DNA of 51,466 bases from Firmicutes bacterium CAG:475 (lineage in GTDB: Bacteria; Bacillota; Clostridia; Christensenellales; CAG-917): contig FR895540.1 of NCBI GenBank assembly GCA_000434435.1, positions 1 through 51,466 on the forward strand, read 5' to 3'. This document shows positions 28,976 to 36,419 of this stretch, piece after piece. The number at the start of each line of letters is the position of its first letter. The first letter of the stretch is position 1. Made by a program: the position numbers and the translations under genes. The notes below the pieces were generated by a model. It was not told the DNA's origin. It searched no databases and worked only from the letters and a program-made list of their open reading frames with translations.

Positions 28976-31228
28976 CTATTCTTCGTCGTTTTTGCCGATG
29001 ATTTTAAGACTTGCCGCAGCGATGGCAAGCGAAAATCTTTTTACGCCCAAGCCCTTAAACGCAATTGCCGCAATCTTATCCTCGCCGTCGCCGCTCGTTT
29101 GAATTATAATGCCTCTTCCGAACTTCGTATGTTCGACTACGGTATCCTTTTTGAATTGAGAATAGTCGACATTCGAAGATTTTTTCGGCGTTTCGAGAGT
29201 CGATTTCGAAAAACCGTTCGACAGATTCTTTTTGAACGCCGACGTTTGAGGATTGTTTACGCCGAGTTTTATGCGATCGGACGTGTCGAAAGTCGGTTGC
29301 GAATATGATGAGTTGGTGTATCTCATCGACGACTTAAATCCGCTCATTTCGCCCACGAATCTGCTCTTTGGCAAGTATTCCGTTCTTCCGAAACGATAGC
29401 GTTGGCGGGCGTTGAGCACAAACAACTTTTTGCGTGCGCGCGTTATGGCAACGTACATAAGTCTGCGCTCTTCTTCCACGTCCCCTGCGGTAATCGCTCT
29501 TTGAGTCGGGAAAATCCCATCCTCGAGCGCAACCAAAAACACGTCGTCGAATTCAAGACCTTTCACTGCGTGTATGGTTGCAATCGTGACGTAATCTTCA
29601 CTGTTCATTTCGTCGGTGTCTGACACGAGCGCGACGGATTGCATAAAGTCGGATATGCCTGCTCCGTCGTTGTCTTGTTCGAATTGTTGCACGGCGGAAA
29701 CGAGTTCTTCGATATTTTCCAGTCTGTTTGCGTCGTCCGGCTCTTGACTTTGCGACAGCGCGCTTTCGAGTCCGCTGCGCCTAATGACGTATTGCATAAA
29801 CTCAACCGCCTGCATTTGTTTTGAAAATTGCACCAAATCCGTTGCGATTTGCGAGAAAGAAGCAAGTTTTTTTGCGGTGTTCGGCGTGAGCCATTCGGGA
29901 TTGACAAGCACGCTGAAAAGCGTCGTATCGTGCGCCTTTGCAACCTCTTGCAACTCTTGCACCGCCGTGTTGCCGATGCCGCGCTTGGGATAGTTGACGA
30001 CACGCAAAATGCTGTCGTTGTCGCTCGGATTTATTGCAAGACGAACGTATGCCAAAGCGTCTTTGATTTCCTTGCGTTCGTAAAATCTGAACCCACCGAA
30101 AACCCTGTACGGTATTCCGTGCAAATTAAACTCTTCTTCAAATTGTCTGGTGACCGAGTTTGCACGCACCAAAACCGCCATATCGCTGTATTTTTCGCCG
30201 TTTCTGTGCAAAGTGTTTATGGTTCGCGCGACCTGCGTCGCTTCGTCTCGATCGTTGTACGCCTCGTAATACTCGATGCTGTTGTCGTCCTTAATTTCGC
30301 TCCAAAGGTTCTTTTCGTTGCGGTTGGAGTTGTTTTTTATGACGTTGTTTGCGGCTTTCAGAATGGACGTCGTGCTGCGATAATTCTGTTCGAGCTTATA
30401 AACCTTTGCGCCGGGAAAATCCTTCGGGAAATCCAAAATATTGCGGATTTCCGCGCCGCGCCAGCTGTAAATGGACTGATCTTCGTCGCCAACTACAAAC
30501 AAGTTTCCGCTCTTTTTCGAGAGCAGTTTTACAATGTCGTATTGCAGTTTGTTGGTGTCCTGAAACTCGTCTACGCAAATGTATTGGAATCGTCTTTGAT
30601 ACTTTTCGAGAACGTCGGGACACTCCGAGAAAAGTTTTACGGTTTTGAGGAGCAAATCGTCAAAATCCATGCAGTTGCACTTTTTGAGTTCCTCTTCGTA
30701 ACGTGCGTAGACCTGATATATATTGTATGCGTCGTTGTCGTCGTTTTTGATTGCGTCGTAATACGCCTCAGGTGACAAAGCAAGCGTTTTGGCACGTGAA
30801 ATATGCCACAAATAATCGCCTTTGTTTTTGGGATCGGCTTGCGGATAATCTTGCAATACGCGCTTGACTACTCTTTCGCTTTCAAGGTCGGTATAAATGG
30901 TAAAATCGGTGGAATATCCGATTCTGTCCGCATCGTATCTGAGCATGCGAGCGCACATCGAGTGGAACGTGCTCGTCCAGACGCTTTGTGAGCCGATGTA
31001 TCTTTCGATACGCTCTTTCATCTCGTTGGCGGCTTTGTTTGTGAAAGTGATTGCCAAAATGTTATAAGGGTCGACGCCAGTCTCGATGAGATGGCAAACC
31101 CTTGCGGTAAGCACGCGAGTTTTTCCGCTCCCCGCGCCCGCAATAACCAAAACCGCGCCTTCGGTGTCGTTGACGGCGGCAAGTTGCTGTGGATTGAGAT
31201 TGAAGTTGTTCATAGCGTAATCATACAA
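28976..31228 (-). CDS. pcrA: ATP-dependent DNA helicase PcrA (UvrD family)
   Basis: The product has LNPQQLAAV, GAGSGKTRVL, DEFQDTN, the VGDEDQSIYSWRGA motif and a C-terminal Tudor-like segment (HTKFGRGII). The start is either 31228 or the ATG at 31213. Confidence 0.95.
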   Translation of the reverse strand: MYDYAMNNFNLNPQQLAAVNDTEGAVLVIAGAGSGKTRVLTARVCHLIETGVDPYNILAITFTNKAANEMKERIERYIGSQSVWTSTFHSMCARMLRYDADRIGYSTDFTIYTDLESERVVKRVLQDYPQADPKNKGDYLWHISRAKTLALSPEAYYDAIKNDDNDAYNIYQVYARYEEELKKCNCMDFDDLLLKTVKLFSECPDVLEKYQRRFQYICVDEFQDTNKLQYDIVKLLSKKSGNLFVVGDEDQSIYSWRGAEIRNILDFPKDFPGAKVYKLEQNYRSTTSILKAANNVIKNNSNRNEKNLWSEIKDDNSIEYYEAYNDRDEATQVARTINTLHRNGEKYSDMAVLVRANSVTRQFEEEFNLHGIPYRVFGGFRFYERKEIKDALAYVRLAINPSDNDSILRVVNYPKRGIGNTAVQELQEVAKAHDTTLFSVLVNPEWLTPNTAKKLASFSQIATDLVQFSKQMQAVEFMQYVIRRSGLESALSQSQEPDDANRLENIEELVSAVQQFEQDNDGAGISDFMQSVALVSDTDEMNSEDYVTIATIHAVKGLEFDDVFLVALEDGIFPTQRAITAGDVEEERRLMYVAITRARKKLFVLNARQRYRFGRTEYLPKSRFVGEMSGFKSSMRYTNSSYSQPTFDTSDRIKLGVNNPQTSAFKKNLSNGFSKSTLETPKKSSNVDYSQFKKDTVVEHTKFGRGIIIQTSGDGEDKIAAIAFKGLGVKRFSLAIAAASLKIIGKNDEE

Positions 31229-31450
31229 CCTTTTATGCGACGTTTTCGTCGCAATGAACTACGTCTAATATACCACATCTTGTGGCGTTTATCAATTTAT
31301 AATTGAAAATAGCGCGATTTTTGACAAAAAAAGTTTGTCGGAATATTGATTTAAGCAAACAAATATGATATTATATTCATATCTTGGATTATAGAGGAGT
31401 TTTTTCATGCAAAAAATTCTTCTGTTTTCCGTGCGGAGGAATTTATTTTT

Positions 31451-33100
31451 ATGGTAAATTTTGATGAAATCGATTTTTTGGAAAGTGAAATCGTCGATGA
31501 CGATGACAATGCCCCTGTCGGCACTTTGATACATATCACCGATGACGGCAAAGTAGAAGAAATCAAACCCGAAACACAATCCGCCCTTTCGTACAATTCT
31601 CTCGAGTCGACGGACAAAACCGCCGGTTCAACCGACGATATACAAGAAAAATCCGATGAACTTCCCTCCGACGCCGACAAGACCGAATCGGCTGACGCTC
31701 TCGACGTCACGACAACAGACTTGCAAGACGATCAACACGATCTAGTCGAAGACGCATCGGAGCAAATTGTCGACGAAGATGTCGTAACGCCCGTTGACGA
31801 AACGCCTGTTGAGGAGTTGAAAGCGGAACCCGAAAACGAGAATTTGCCGGTTGTCGAAACTCCGCAAGATATTGAAATCTCCGATTCCGAAGAAAACGAT
31901 TCGCTTGGAAACACAGCCGAGCCGACTGTCGACGAGAATGCACAAGACGCTCAACCCGTTCAATCTGTCGAAGAACCCGTTGCCGAAGTCGTGCAAGACG
32001 CCGTCGAGCAGAACGAACAGGCTCCTGTTGCAGACCAAAACATGCAAGAAGAAGCAACCGAAACTGCCGAACCGGTCATCGATACTACTCCCAAGCCCGT
32101 TAAGAAAAGAAAACCCGCCCAAAAGAAAGTTGCCGAGCCTGCTCCCGTCCTCAATGACGAAGCTCACAAAACGGCTCTCAACCTCAAGAGCGGAAAATCC
32201 GTCAACGATGAGTTGTTCGACACGAATTTCGAAGTCGAGAAACCTGCAAAAACAAAGGTTGTATCCACAAAGAAGAAACAGGAAAAAGCAGAGGATTTGT
32301 GGGCTGTCGCTACAGTCGTAAAGCCCAAGAAAGAGATCGCAACCGCCGAAGAAAAAACGGAAGTCAAGTCTGCAAACAAATCTTCAAAGTCCGCGCCCAA
32401 AGCGCAAAAGCAGTCCGACGATGCACAAGTTGCCACCAAAAAGACCGCATCCAAAAAGTCAACAAAAGTTGAAAATACAAAAACACCTACGGAGGAAAAG
32501 AAAGTGGCAAAAGCAACGGACAAAACAACCAAACCGGTTCAAGAAGAAAAACCCGTGAAAGCAACCAATACTGCAAAAGCTCAAAAAGAAACTCCCGTCA
32601 AAGAAACGGCTGTAAAAGAATCTCCCGTCAAAGGAGATAACGCTCCCAAAGCAACGAAAACCGTCGAAAAGGATGAGGAAACCGTCCTCGTTGAAGGCGA
32701 AGGCAAAGTTCACGGCAAATACGTCATCAAAAAGACGGACAAAGGCAACTTTGTGTTTAAGCTTTTCTCCTCCAACTATAGAGTCGTGGCAATCGGCGCA
32801 CAAGCCTACACCACTCTCGGCGCAGCTAAAATCGGCGTGCAAAGCATCATCAACAACGCAGAAAAAGCCCCCGTCGAAAACCAAACGCTCAAAAATTACG
32901 AAACCCTCAAATTCCCCAAATGGGAAATTTATCTCGACAAAAAAGGCGAATATCGTCTTCGTTTGTACGCAACCAACGGCAGCCTCATCGCAACCACCAA
33001 CGACGGTTATGCGGACATCAGCGGCGCAAAGAACGGCATTGCCGCAGTTGCAAGAGCAAGCAAGGGTTGCGCAATCGTGAGAAACGACAACCTTTGGTAA
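31451..33100 (+). CDS. protein with a long acidic then lysine-rich low-complexity region and two C-terminal YegP/DUF1508 repeats
   Basis: GGAGGA lies 11 nt upstream of the ATG. Residues 1 to about 220 are D/E/P/V/Q-rich and residues about 220-420 are K/A/T/E-rich. The C-terminus carries two repeats: GKYVIKKTDKGNFVFKLFSSNYRVVAIGAQAYTTLGAAKIGVQSI and WEIYLDKKGEYRLRLYATNGSLIATTNDGYADISGAKNGIAAV. Both fit the YegP pattern. A strong terminator follows. Confidence 0.8.
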   Translation: MVNFDEIDFLESEIVDDDDNAPVGTLIHITDDGKVEEIKPETQSALSYNSLESTDKTAGSTDDIQEKSDELPSDADKTESADALDVTTTDLQDDQHDLVEDASEQIVDEDVVTPVDETPVEELKAEPENENLPVVETPQDIEISDSEENDSLGNTAEPTVDENAQDAQPVQSVEEPVAEVVQDAVEQNEQAPVADQNMQEEATETAEPVIDTTPKPVKKRKPAQKKVAEPAPVLNDEAHKTALNLKSGKSVNDELFDTNFEVEKPAKTKVVSTKKKQEKAEDLWAVATVVKPKKEIATAEEKTEVKSANKSSKSAPKAQKQSDDAQVATKKTASKKSTKVENTKTPTEEKKVAKATDKTTKPVQEEKPVKATNTAKAQKETPVKETAVKESPVKGDNAPKATKTVEKDEETVLVEGEGKVHGKYVIKKTDKGNFVFKLFSSNYRVVAIGAQAYTTLGAAKIGVQSIINNAEKAPVENQTLKNYETLKFPKWEIYLDKKGEYRLRLYATNGSLIATTNDGYADISGAKNGIAAVARASKGCAIVRNDNLW

Positions 33101-33132
33101 ATTTTACCGAAAATTTGATAAACTGCTTGTAG

Positions 33133-33158
33133 AAAAAGGACGATTAACGTCCTTTTTC
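33133..33158 (+). terminator. intrinsic terminator
   Basis: The sequence is AAAAA GGACG attaa CGTCC TTTTT. Confidence 0.8.
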
Positions 33159-33326
33159 TATGTCGATTTTCAATAATACTCGACCAAAATGAATGGTATT
33201 ATCAAACCGCAAAGAACGCCGGAACTTGCGCGGCACACTTCGTCATAACTCTCCCGGACGTCACCGAATAGTTTTTGCGATACCGCAAAGAAATCTAATC
33301 TTATTCGTTACAAGTTAAAAACAAAT

Positions 33327-33357
33327 GCAAAAGACCTCCGAAACGGAGGCCTTTTGC
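33327..33357 (-). terminator. long hairpin downstream of the minus-strand membrane protein gene
   Basis: The stem pairs GCAAAAGACCTCCG with CGGAGGCCTTTTGC across an aaa loop. On the minus strand it is followed by AUUUGUUUUU. Confidence 0.55.
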
Positions 33358-33375
33358 AAAAAATCTGACGTTGAT

Positions 33376-33948
33376 TTATTCTTCAATATCGTTAGTGTTT
33401 GCGCCTTGGTCAGATAGCTCGCTATTCTCTACTTGCTCAACGCTTATCTCCTTGATTGCAAGCGTTTTGAAAACCGCGCTTACTCCTCTGAAAATCGAAA
33501 CTGCAAGCAACACGCACGCTCCCGCAACGAGCGTCGCATCGTTTCCGCACTGCGTGAAATCGTATATCGCACCGACAAAGAAAATACCCATTGCCGCATA
33601 GTTAAATCCTGCGGCGATTTTAAGCATGTTAAGTCTGTTTTTCAGTGCCGAAAAGTCTTTGTTGACGGATCGTAGCGTAATCACCGTCCCGACAAGGGAT
33701 ATAAGCATGGCAATCAAGCAAATAATTCCCACGACAATCGACAAAACGCCCAAAATGCCTGTGGCAAACGCTCCGCCAATCTCTTGGATTGCGCCCGACA
33801 TGTTGTCCTCACCGCCGGATACGTCAGTGTTTAGCAGCACCGCTCCGAATATAAAAAACAATATCGCAAGCACAAAATATGCAAACGAACTCAATGCGTC
33901 CATAATCCCGGACGACAGAATCTTCGGTCTGGATTTTGAATAAGTCAT
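33376..33948 (-). CDS. hypothetical multi-pass membrane protein
   Basis: The 190-aa product has 5-6 hydrophobic helices (for example AYFVLAILFFIFGAVLL, ILGVLSIVVGIICLIAMLISLVGTVI and AAMGIFFVGAIY). An AGGAGGGAG SD lies upstream of the ATG at 33948. Confidence 0.7.
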   Translation of the reverse strand: MTYSKSRPKILSSGIMDALSSFAYFVLAILFFIFGAVLLNTDVSGGEDNMSGAIQEIGGAFATGILGVLSIVVGIICLIAMLISLVGTVITLRSVNKDFSALKNRLNMLKIAAGFNYAAMGIFFVGAIYDFTQCGNDATLVAGACVLLAVSIFRGVSAVFKTLAIKEISVEQVENSELSDQGANTNDIEE

Positions 33949-34079
33949 AATCTCCCTCCTAAAAATATTTTAGCAAGAAGAAACGAAAATTTCAATAGGT
34001 CAATCTGCTGTCAGAATTGATAAACGTAACAAACCAAGATTTTTATCCGCAAAATGAAAAAAATTATCTTTTCAACCGC

Positions 34080-34108
34080 TTGTCAAAAACTCTTTTTTGA
34101 TATATAAT
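34080..34108 (+). promoter_or_regulatory. promoter of the tRNA-Ser transcription unit (TTGTCA-17-TATAAT)
   Basis: The -35 is at 34080..34085, the spacer is exactly 17 nt, and a perfect -10 lies at 34103..34108. Confidence 0.55.
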
Positions 34109-34117
34109 CCATATCGT

Positions 34118-34194
34118 TGGGTTTGAGGGGACAGTCCCCCGTGAACAGTTGGAGGAAATGGTTTTGTTTTCCATTGGCTTCCAACTGCCACCCA
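34118..34194 (+). other. structured leader element of about 77 nt (three helices) between the promoter and tRNA-Ser
   Basis: P1 pairs UGGGU (34118-22) with ACCCA (34190-94). P2 is GGGGA-cag-UCCCC (34127-39). P3 is a 42-nt hairpin at 34146-34187 (CAGUUGGAGG..AAUGG uuuuguuuu CCAUU..CUUCCAACUG). I recognise no known family. Confidence 0.35.
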
Positions 34195-34212
34195 CTTGTA
34201 AAAATTTCATAC

Positions 34213-34231
34213 TATCTCTTGGAGAAGTCGC
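34213..34231 (+). repeat. duplicate of the tRNA-Ser 5' junction (TATCTCTTGGAGAAGTCGC), 19/19 identical to 34273-34291
   Basis: This is an exact 19-nt repeat. It covers 8 nt of 5' flank plus the first 11 nt of the tRNA, and lies 60 nt upstream of the genuine copy. Confidence 0.9.
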
Positions 34232-34280
34232 GTTTACTTGGTACTGCGTACCAAACACGCTCTTCCCCGCAATATCTCTT

Positions 34281-34373
34281 GGAGAAGTCGCCTAGTTTGG
34301 TCGAGGGCGCGCGACTGGAAATCGCGTAACCGTCAAAAGCGGTTCAAGAGTTCGAATCTCTTCTTCTCCGCCA
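34281..34373 (+). tRNA. tRNA-Ser (anticodon GGA), CCA encoded
   Basis: The acceptor stem pairs GGAGAAG with CTTCTCC. The anticodon stem-loop is CGCGA CUGGAAA UCGCG. The long variable arm is ACCG ucaaaag CGGU. The T arm is AAGAG UUCGAAU CUCUU, followed by GCCA. Confidence 0.92.
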
Positions 34374-34378
34374 ACACC

Positions 34379-34412
34379 TGAAACCCTACTAAACAGTAGG
34401 GTTTCGTGTTTC
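34379..34412 (+). terminator. hairpin terminator after tRNA-Ser
   Basis: The sequence is GAAACCCTAC taaaca GTAGGGTTTC followed by GTGTTTCTG. Confidence 0.6.
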
Positions 34413-34516
34413 TGTCAAGGAGATTTTGTGCGGCGATGCCGCACGCAACTGCGTTGCCGAACTCTTCGTTGCACACTCCGCTTTGCGAAATCTATTTCGC
34501 TCGCTTCGCTGTTGGG

Positions 34517-34537
34517 CGAATCTCTTCTTCTCCGCCA
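34517..34537 (+). repeat. exact 21-nt copy of the tRNA-Ser 3' end (CGAATCTCTTCTTCTCCGCCA), att-like direct repeat
   Basis: It is identical to 34353-34373 (T-loop through CCA). The upstream sequence cannot form a T stem, so this is a fragment rather than a tRNA. A hairpin (TGCAATCCT...AGGGTTGCA) and T8 follow. Confidence 0.9.
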
Positions 34538-34708
34538 CGAAATGCAATCCTGCTTAACCCGTAGGGTTGCATTTTTTTTGCGCAAATCATTGTGCTTACA
34601 CATATTGACTTGCGGAGAAAAAAGCATAAATGCGTAGCATTGCAGGATTGCAAAAGCGGCAGGAGACCTGAGGAGCAAAGAGATGTTTGTTGCCAGCAAC
34701 AACTTACG

Positions 34709-34723
34709 TCTTCTTCTCCGCCA
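34709..34723 (+). repeat. third, 15-nt copy of the tRNA-Ser 3' end (TCTTCTTCTCCGCCA)
   Basis: It is identical to 34359-34373. It can pair with GCGGAGAAAAAAG at 34612-34624 (12/13), enclosing about 85 nt. The hairpin AAAACCGA...TCGGTTTT follows. Confidence 0.85.
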
Positions 34724-34887
34724 ATCAAAAAAACCGACATAGGCGTTTTCAGACTTTCAATCGGTTTTTGAAGTGGATATTAAGTTGCAACGGCATATTA
34801 TAGCAAGGTATGCCAATCTCCTTTTTTCTAATCATAACACATGCAAAAACTCATTGCAATACACATATGCAACATCGCATCTCGTAT

Positions 34888-35394
34888 TTATATTATTCTG
34901 TCCGTTACGACAACGGTGTAATACTCTTGTTCGCACTCTATTCCCGTCGGCACAAGACCTAGTTTTTGCCAAAATGATTTTGCTTGCGGATTTGTTTTAA
35001 CATAGCCGAGTCTAACGTGCGTATAGCCCTTGGCAGCAAGTTGCTTGAAACAAGACGAAACTATTTTGCTTCCGACGCCCCTGCCCTGATATGCCGCCGC
35101 AACCATAAACAGACCTATAAAAACGGTTTGTTTGTCGGGATATTTTTCAATCAAGTCAAGCACTGCAACTAGATTATTGCCGTCGAAAAAACCAACGAAG
35201 TGTTTGTCGGCGATGCTTTTCCCGTCGGGAAGCGCGCACATATCGTATTCAACAGACTGAATCGTGGGCGGTGGCGGACAATGCTCGAAATAAAGCGGAT
35301 TTGACTCATATAAGTCCAAAACCGTTTGAGCATCGCACTTTTCAAGGTGGCGAACTTGATATTTTGAAGATAGTTTTTCGATATTAATAAACAA
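34888..35394 (-). CDS. GNAT family N-acetyltransferase
   Basis: The 168-aa product has acetyl-CoA binding motif A (YQGRGVGSKIVSSCFKQLAAKGYTHVRLGY) and a C-terminal FWQKLGL. Confidence 0.85.
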   Translation of the reverse strand: MFINIEKLSSKYQVRHLEKCDAQTVLDLYESNPLYFEHCPPPPTIQSVEYDMCALPDGKSIADKHFVGFFDGNNLVAVLDLIEKYPDKQTVFIGLFMVAAAYQGRGVGSKIVSSCFKQLAAKGYTHVRLGYVKTNPQAKSFWQKLGLVPTGIECEQEYYTVVVTDRII

Positions 35395-35448
35395 ATTATA
35401 TAACTACGTCTGGCAAAAATCCATCAAATATGTTATATTTAAAACGAT

Positions 35449-35871
35449 ATGGAAAACGATGCGATTATCAAATTTGAAAATACAAACGAACTCTCTGTTG
35501 GCGAGTTTGCGAAAATCGTTGCAAGTTGCTACGCTTGCAAGGTTTTCACGCGTACTTTCGAAAACAGAGTTATCGTTGCTATCGACACGTTTTTGCCGGG
35601 ATACGACGAGGGCGTTTGCAACGTTTTGGAAAAAGTCGGCAACAGCGTAGAAATCTCTGACAACCGCTCGGTTACCGATTATTGGGAGATTATGGACGTA
35701 GATATGCGCTTGCACAAAGAAAAGATATGTAAAATCGAAAGCGAATACGGATTGAGTTTTGCGGACGGCAATTTTATATCCGCTTTCCCCTACGACGTAA
35801 GCAAACTTCAAGACAACGTTGCCAAATTCAACGAAGCGTTGTTTAAACTTGCAAAAATCGACGAGGATTGA
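35449..35871 (+). CDS. hypothetical small acidic protein (possibly DUF1828-like)
   Basis: The 140-aa product is translationally coupled to the next ORF. The pattern VIVAIDTFLPGYDEGVCNVLEKVGNSVEISDNRSVTDYW resembles the next protein, so they may be paralogs. Confidence 0.55.
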   Translation: MENDAIIKFENTNELSVGEFAKIVASCYACKVFTRTFENRVIVAIDTFLPGYDEGVCNVLEKVGNSVEISDNRSVTDYWEIMDVDMRLHKEKICKIESEYGLSFADGNFISAFPYDVSKLQDNVAKFNEALFKLAKIDED

Positions 35872-35876
35872 ACCAC

Positions 35877-36221
35877 ATGAACGTTTTGACTGCCGTAAAA
35901 CAAATTGAAAGCAAATATCCCGTGCAACGTATCGCAGACGATTTTTACGAAATTCCGACGGGATATTTTACTCGCAGTGGCGAAGGGATATCCCTATATC
36001 TCATAGATATGCAAGGCAAACTCTATCTCAGCGATTGCGCGGATACGGCAAACGGAATTGGCGAAAAATTGACCGAAAATCAGCTTTGCGAATTGGCGGC
36101 GGAACACGGCTTTTCACTTGACGACTGGCACGTTGTGAAAGAATACGAAAGCGTTGCGGACGTAGACGATTTTGTAAAAATGATTTCCGACGCTTTTTGC
36201 GACGATCTGTACACGCTTTAA
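35877..36221 (+). CDS. hypothetical small acidic protein (possibly DUF1828-like)
   Basis: The ATG is at 35877 (the track uses the TTG at 35868). The segment FYEIPTGYFTRSGEGISLYLIDMQGKLYLSDCADTANGIGEKL resembles my recollection of the DUF1828 pattern. This assignment is tentative. Confidence 0.55.
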   Translation: MNVLTAVKQIESKYPVQRIADDFYEIPTGYFTRSGEGISLYLIDMQGKLYLSDCADTANGIGEKLTENQLCELAAEHGFSLDDWHVVKEYESVADVDDFVKMISDAFCDDLYTL

Positions 36222-36419
36222 GACGTGCCGTAAACTTGTTCCACTTCTTGTCCGAGACAAACGAAAAACTCGCTTACACGATGCTTTCCAAAGCAAAATT
36301 GCCTGATTTGCAGCGTTTTCCGTGATTTTTGCACACACATTCGCATACATTTTAAATGTATTATTTACAAAATCTACATTGCATGTTATCATCGAAATAT
36401 CAAAATTTTAGGAGATTAT

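Noticed and set aside
31405-32884. Multiple overlapping ORFs on both strands lie inside 31451..33100.
   Set aside because: They are artefacts of the low-complexity, repeat-biased coding sequence of the YegP-domain protein. Only the 549-aa frame has an SD, recognisable C-terminal domains and a terminator.
34118-34194. I considered whether the structured element upstream of tRNA-Ser is an SRP (4.5S) RNA, a 6S RNA or an aberrant tRNA.
   Set aside because: It lacks the SRP domain-IV motif (GGAA tetraloop with AGCA-type symmetric-loop sequences). It is far too short for 6S RNA. It cannot be folded into a cloverleaf with D, anticodon and T arms.
34415-34740. Three ORFs of 69-95 aa lie on both strands in the tRNA-fragment region.
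   Set aside because: They are mutually overlapping and Cys/Arg-rich, lack an SD, and span the tRNA-derived repeats and hairpins. This is far more consistent with noncoding sequence.
34888-35394. I considered whether the GNAT is the toxin of a GNAT/RHH (TacT/AtaT-like) toxin-antitoxin pair.
   Set aside because: There is no small co-directional antitoxin ORF immediately upstream or overlapping. The neighbouring small genes are divergent and show no RHH/DUF1778 features.
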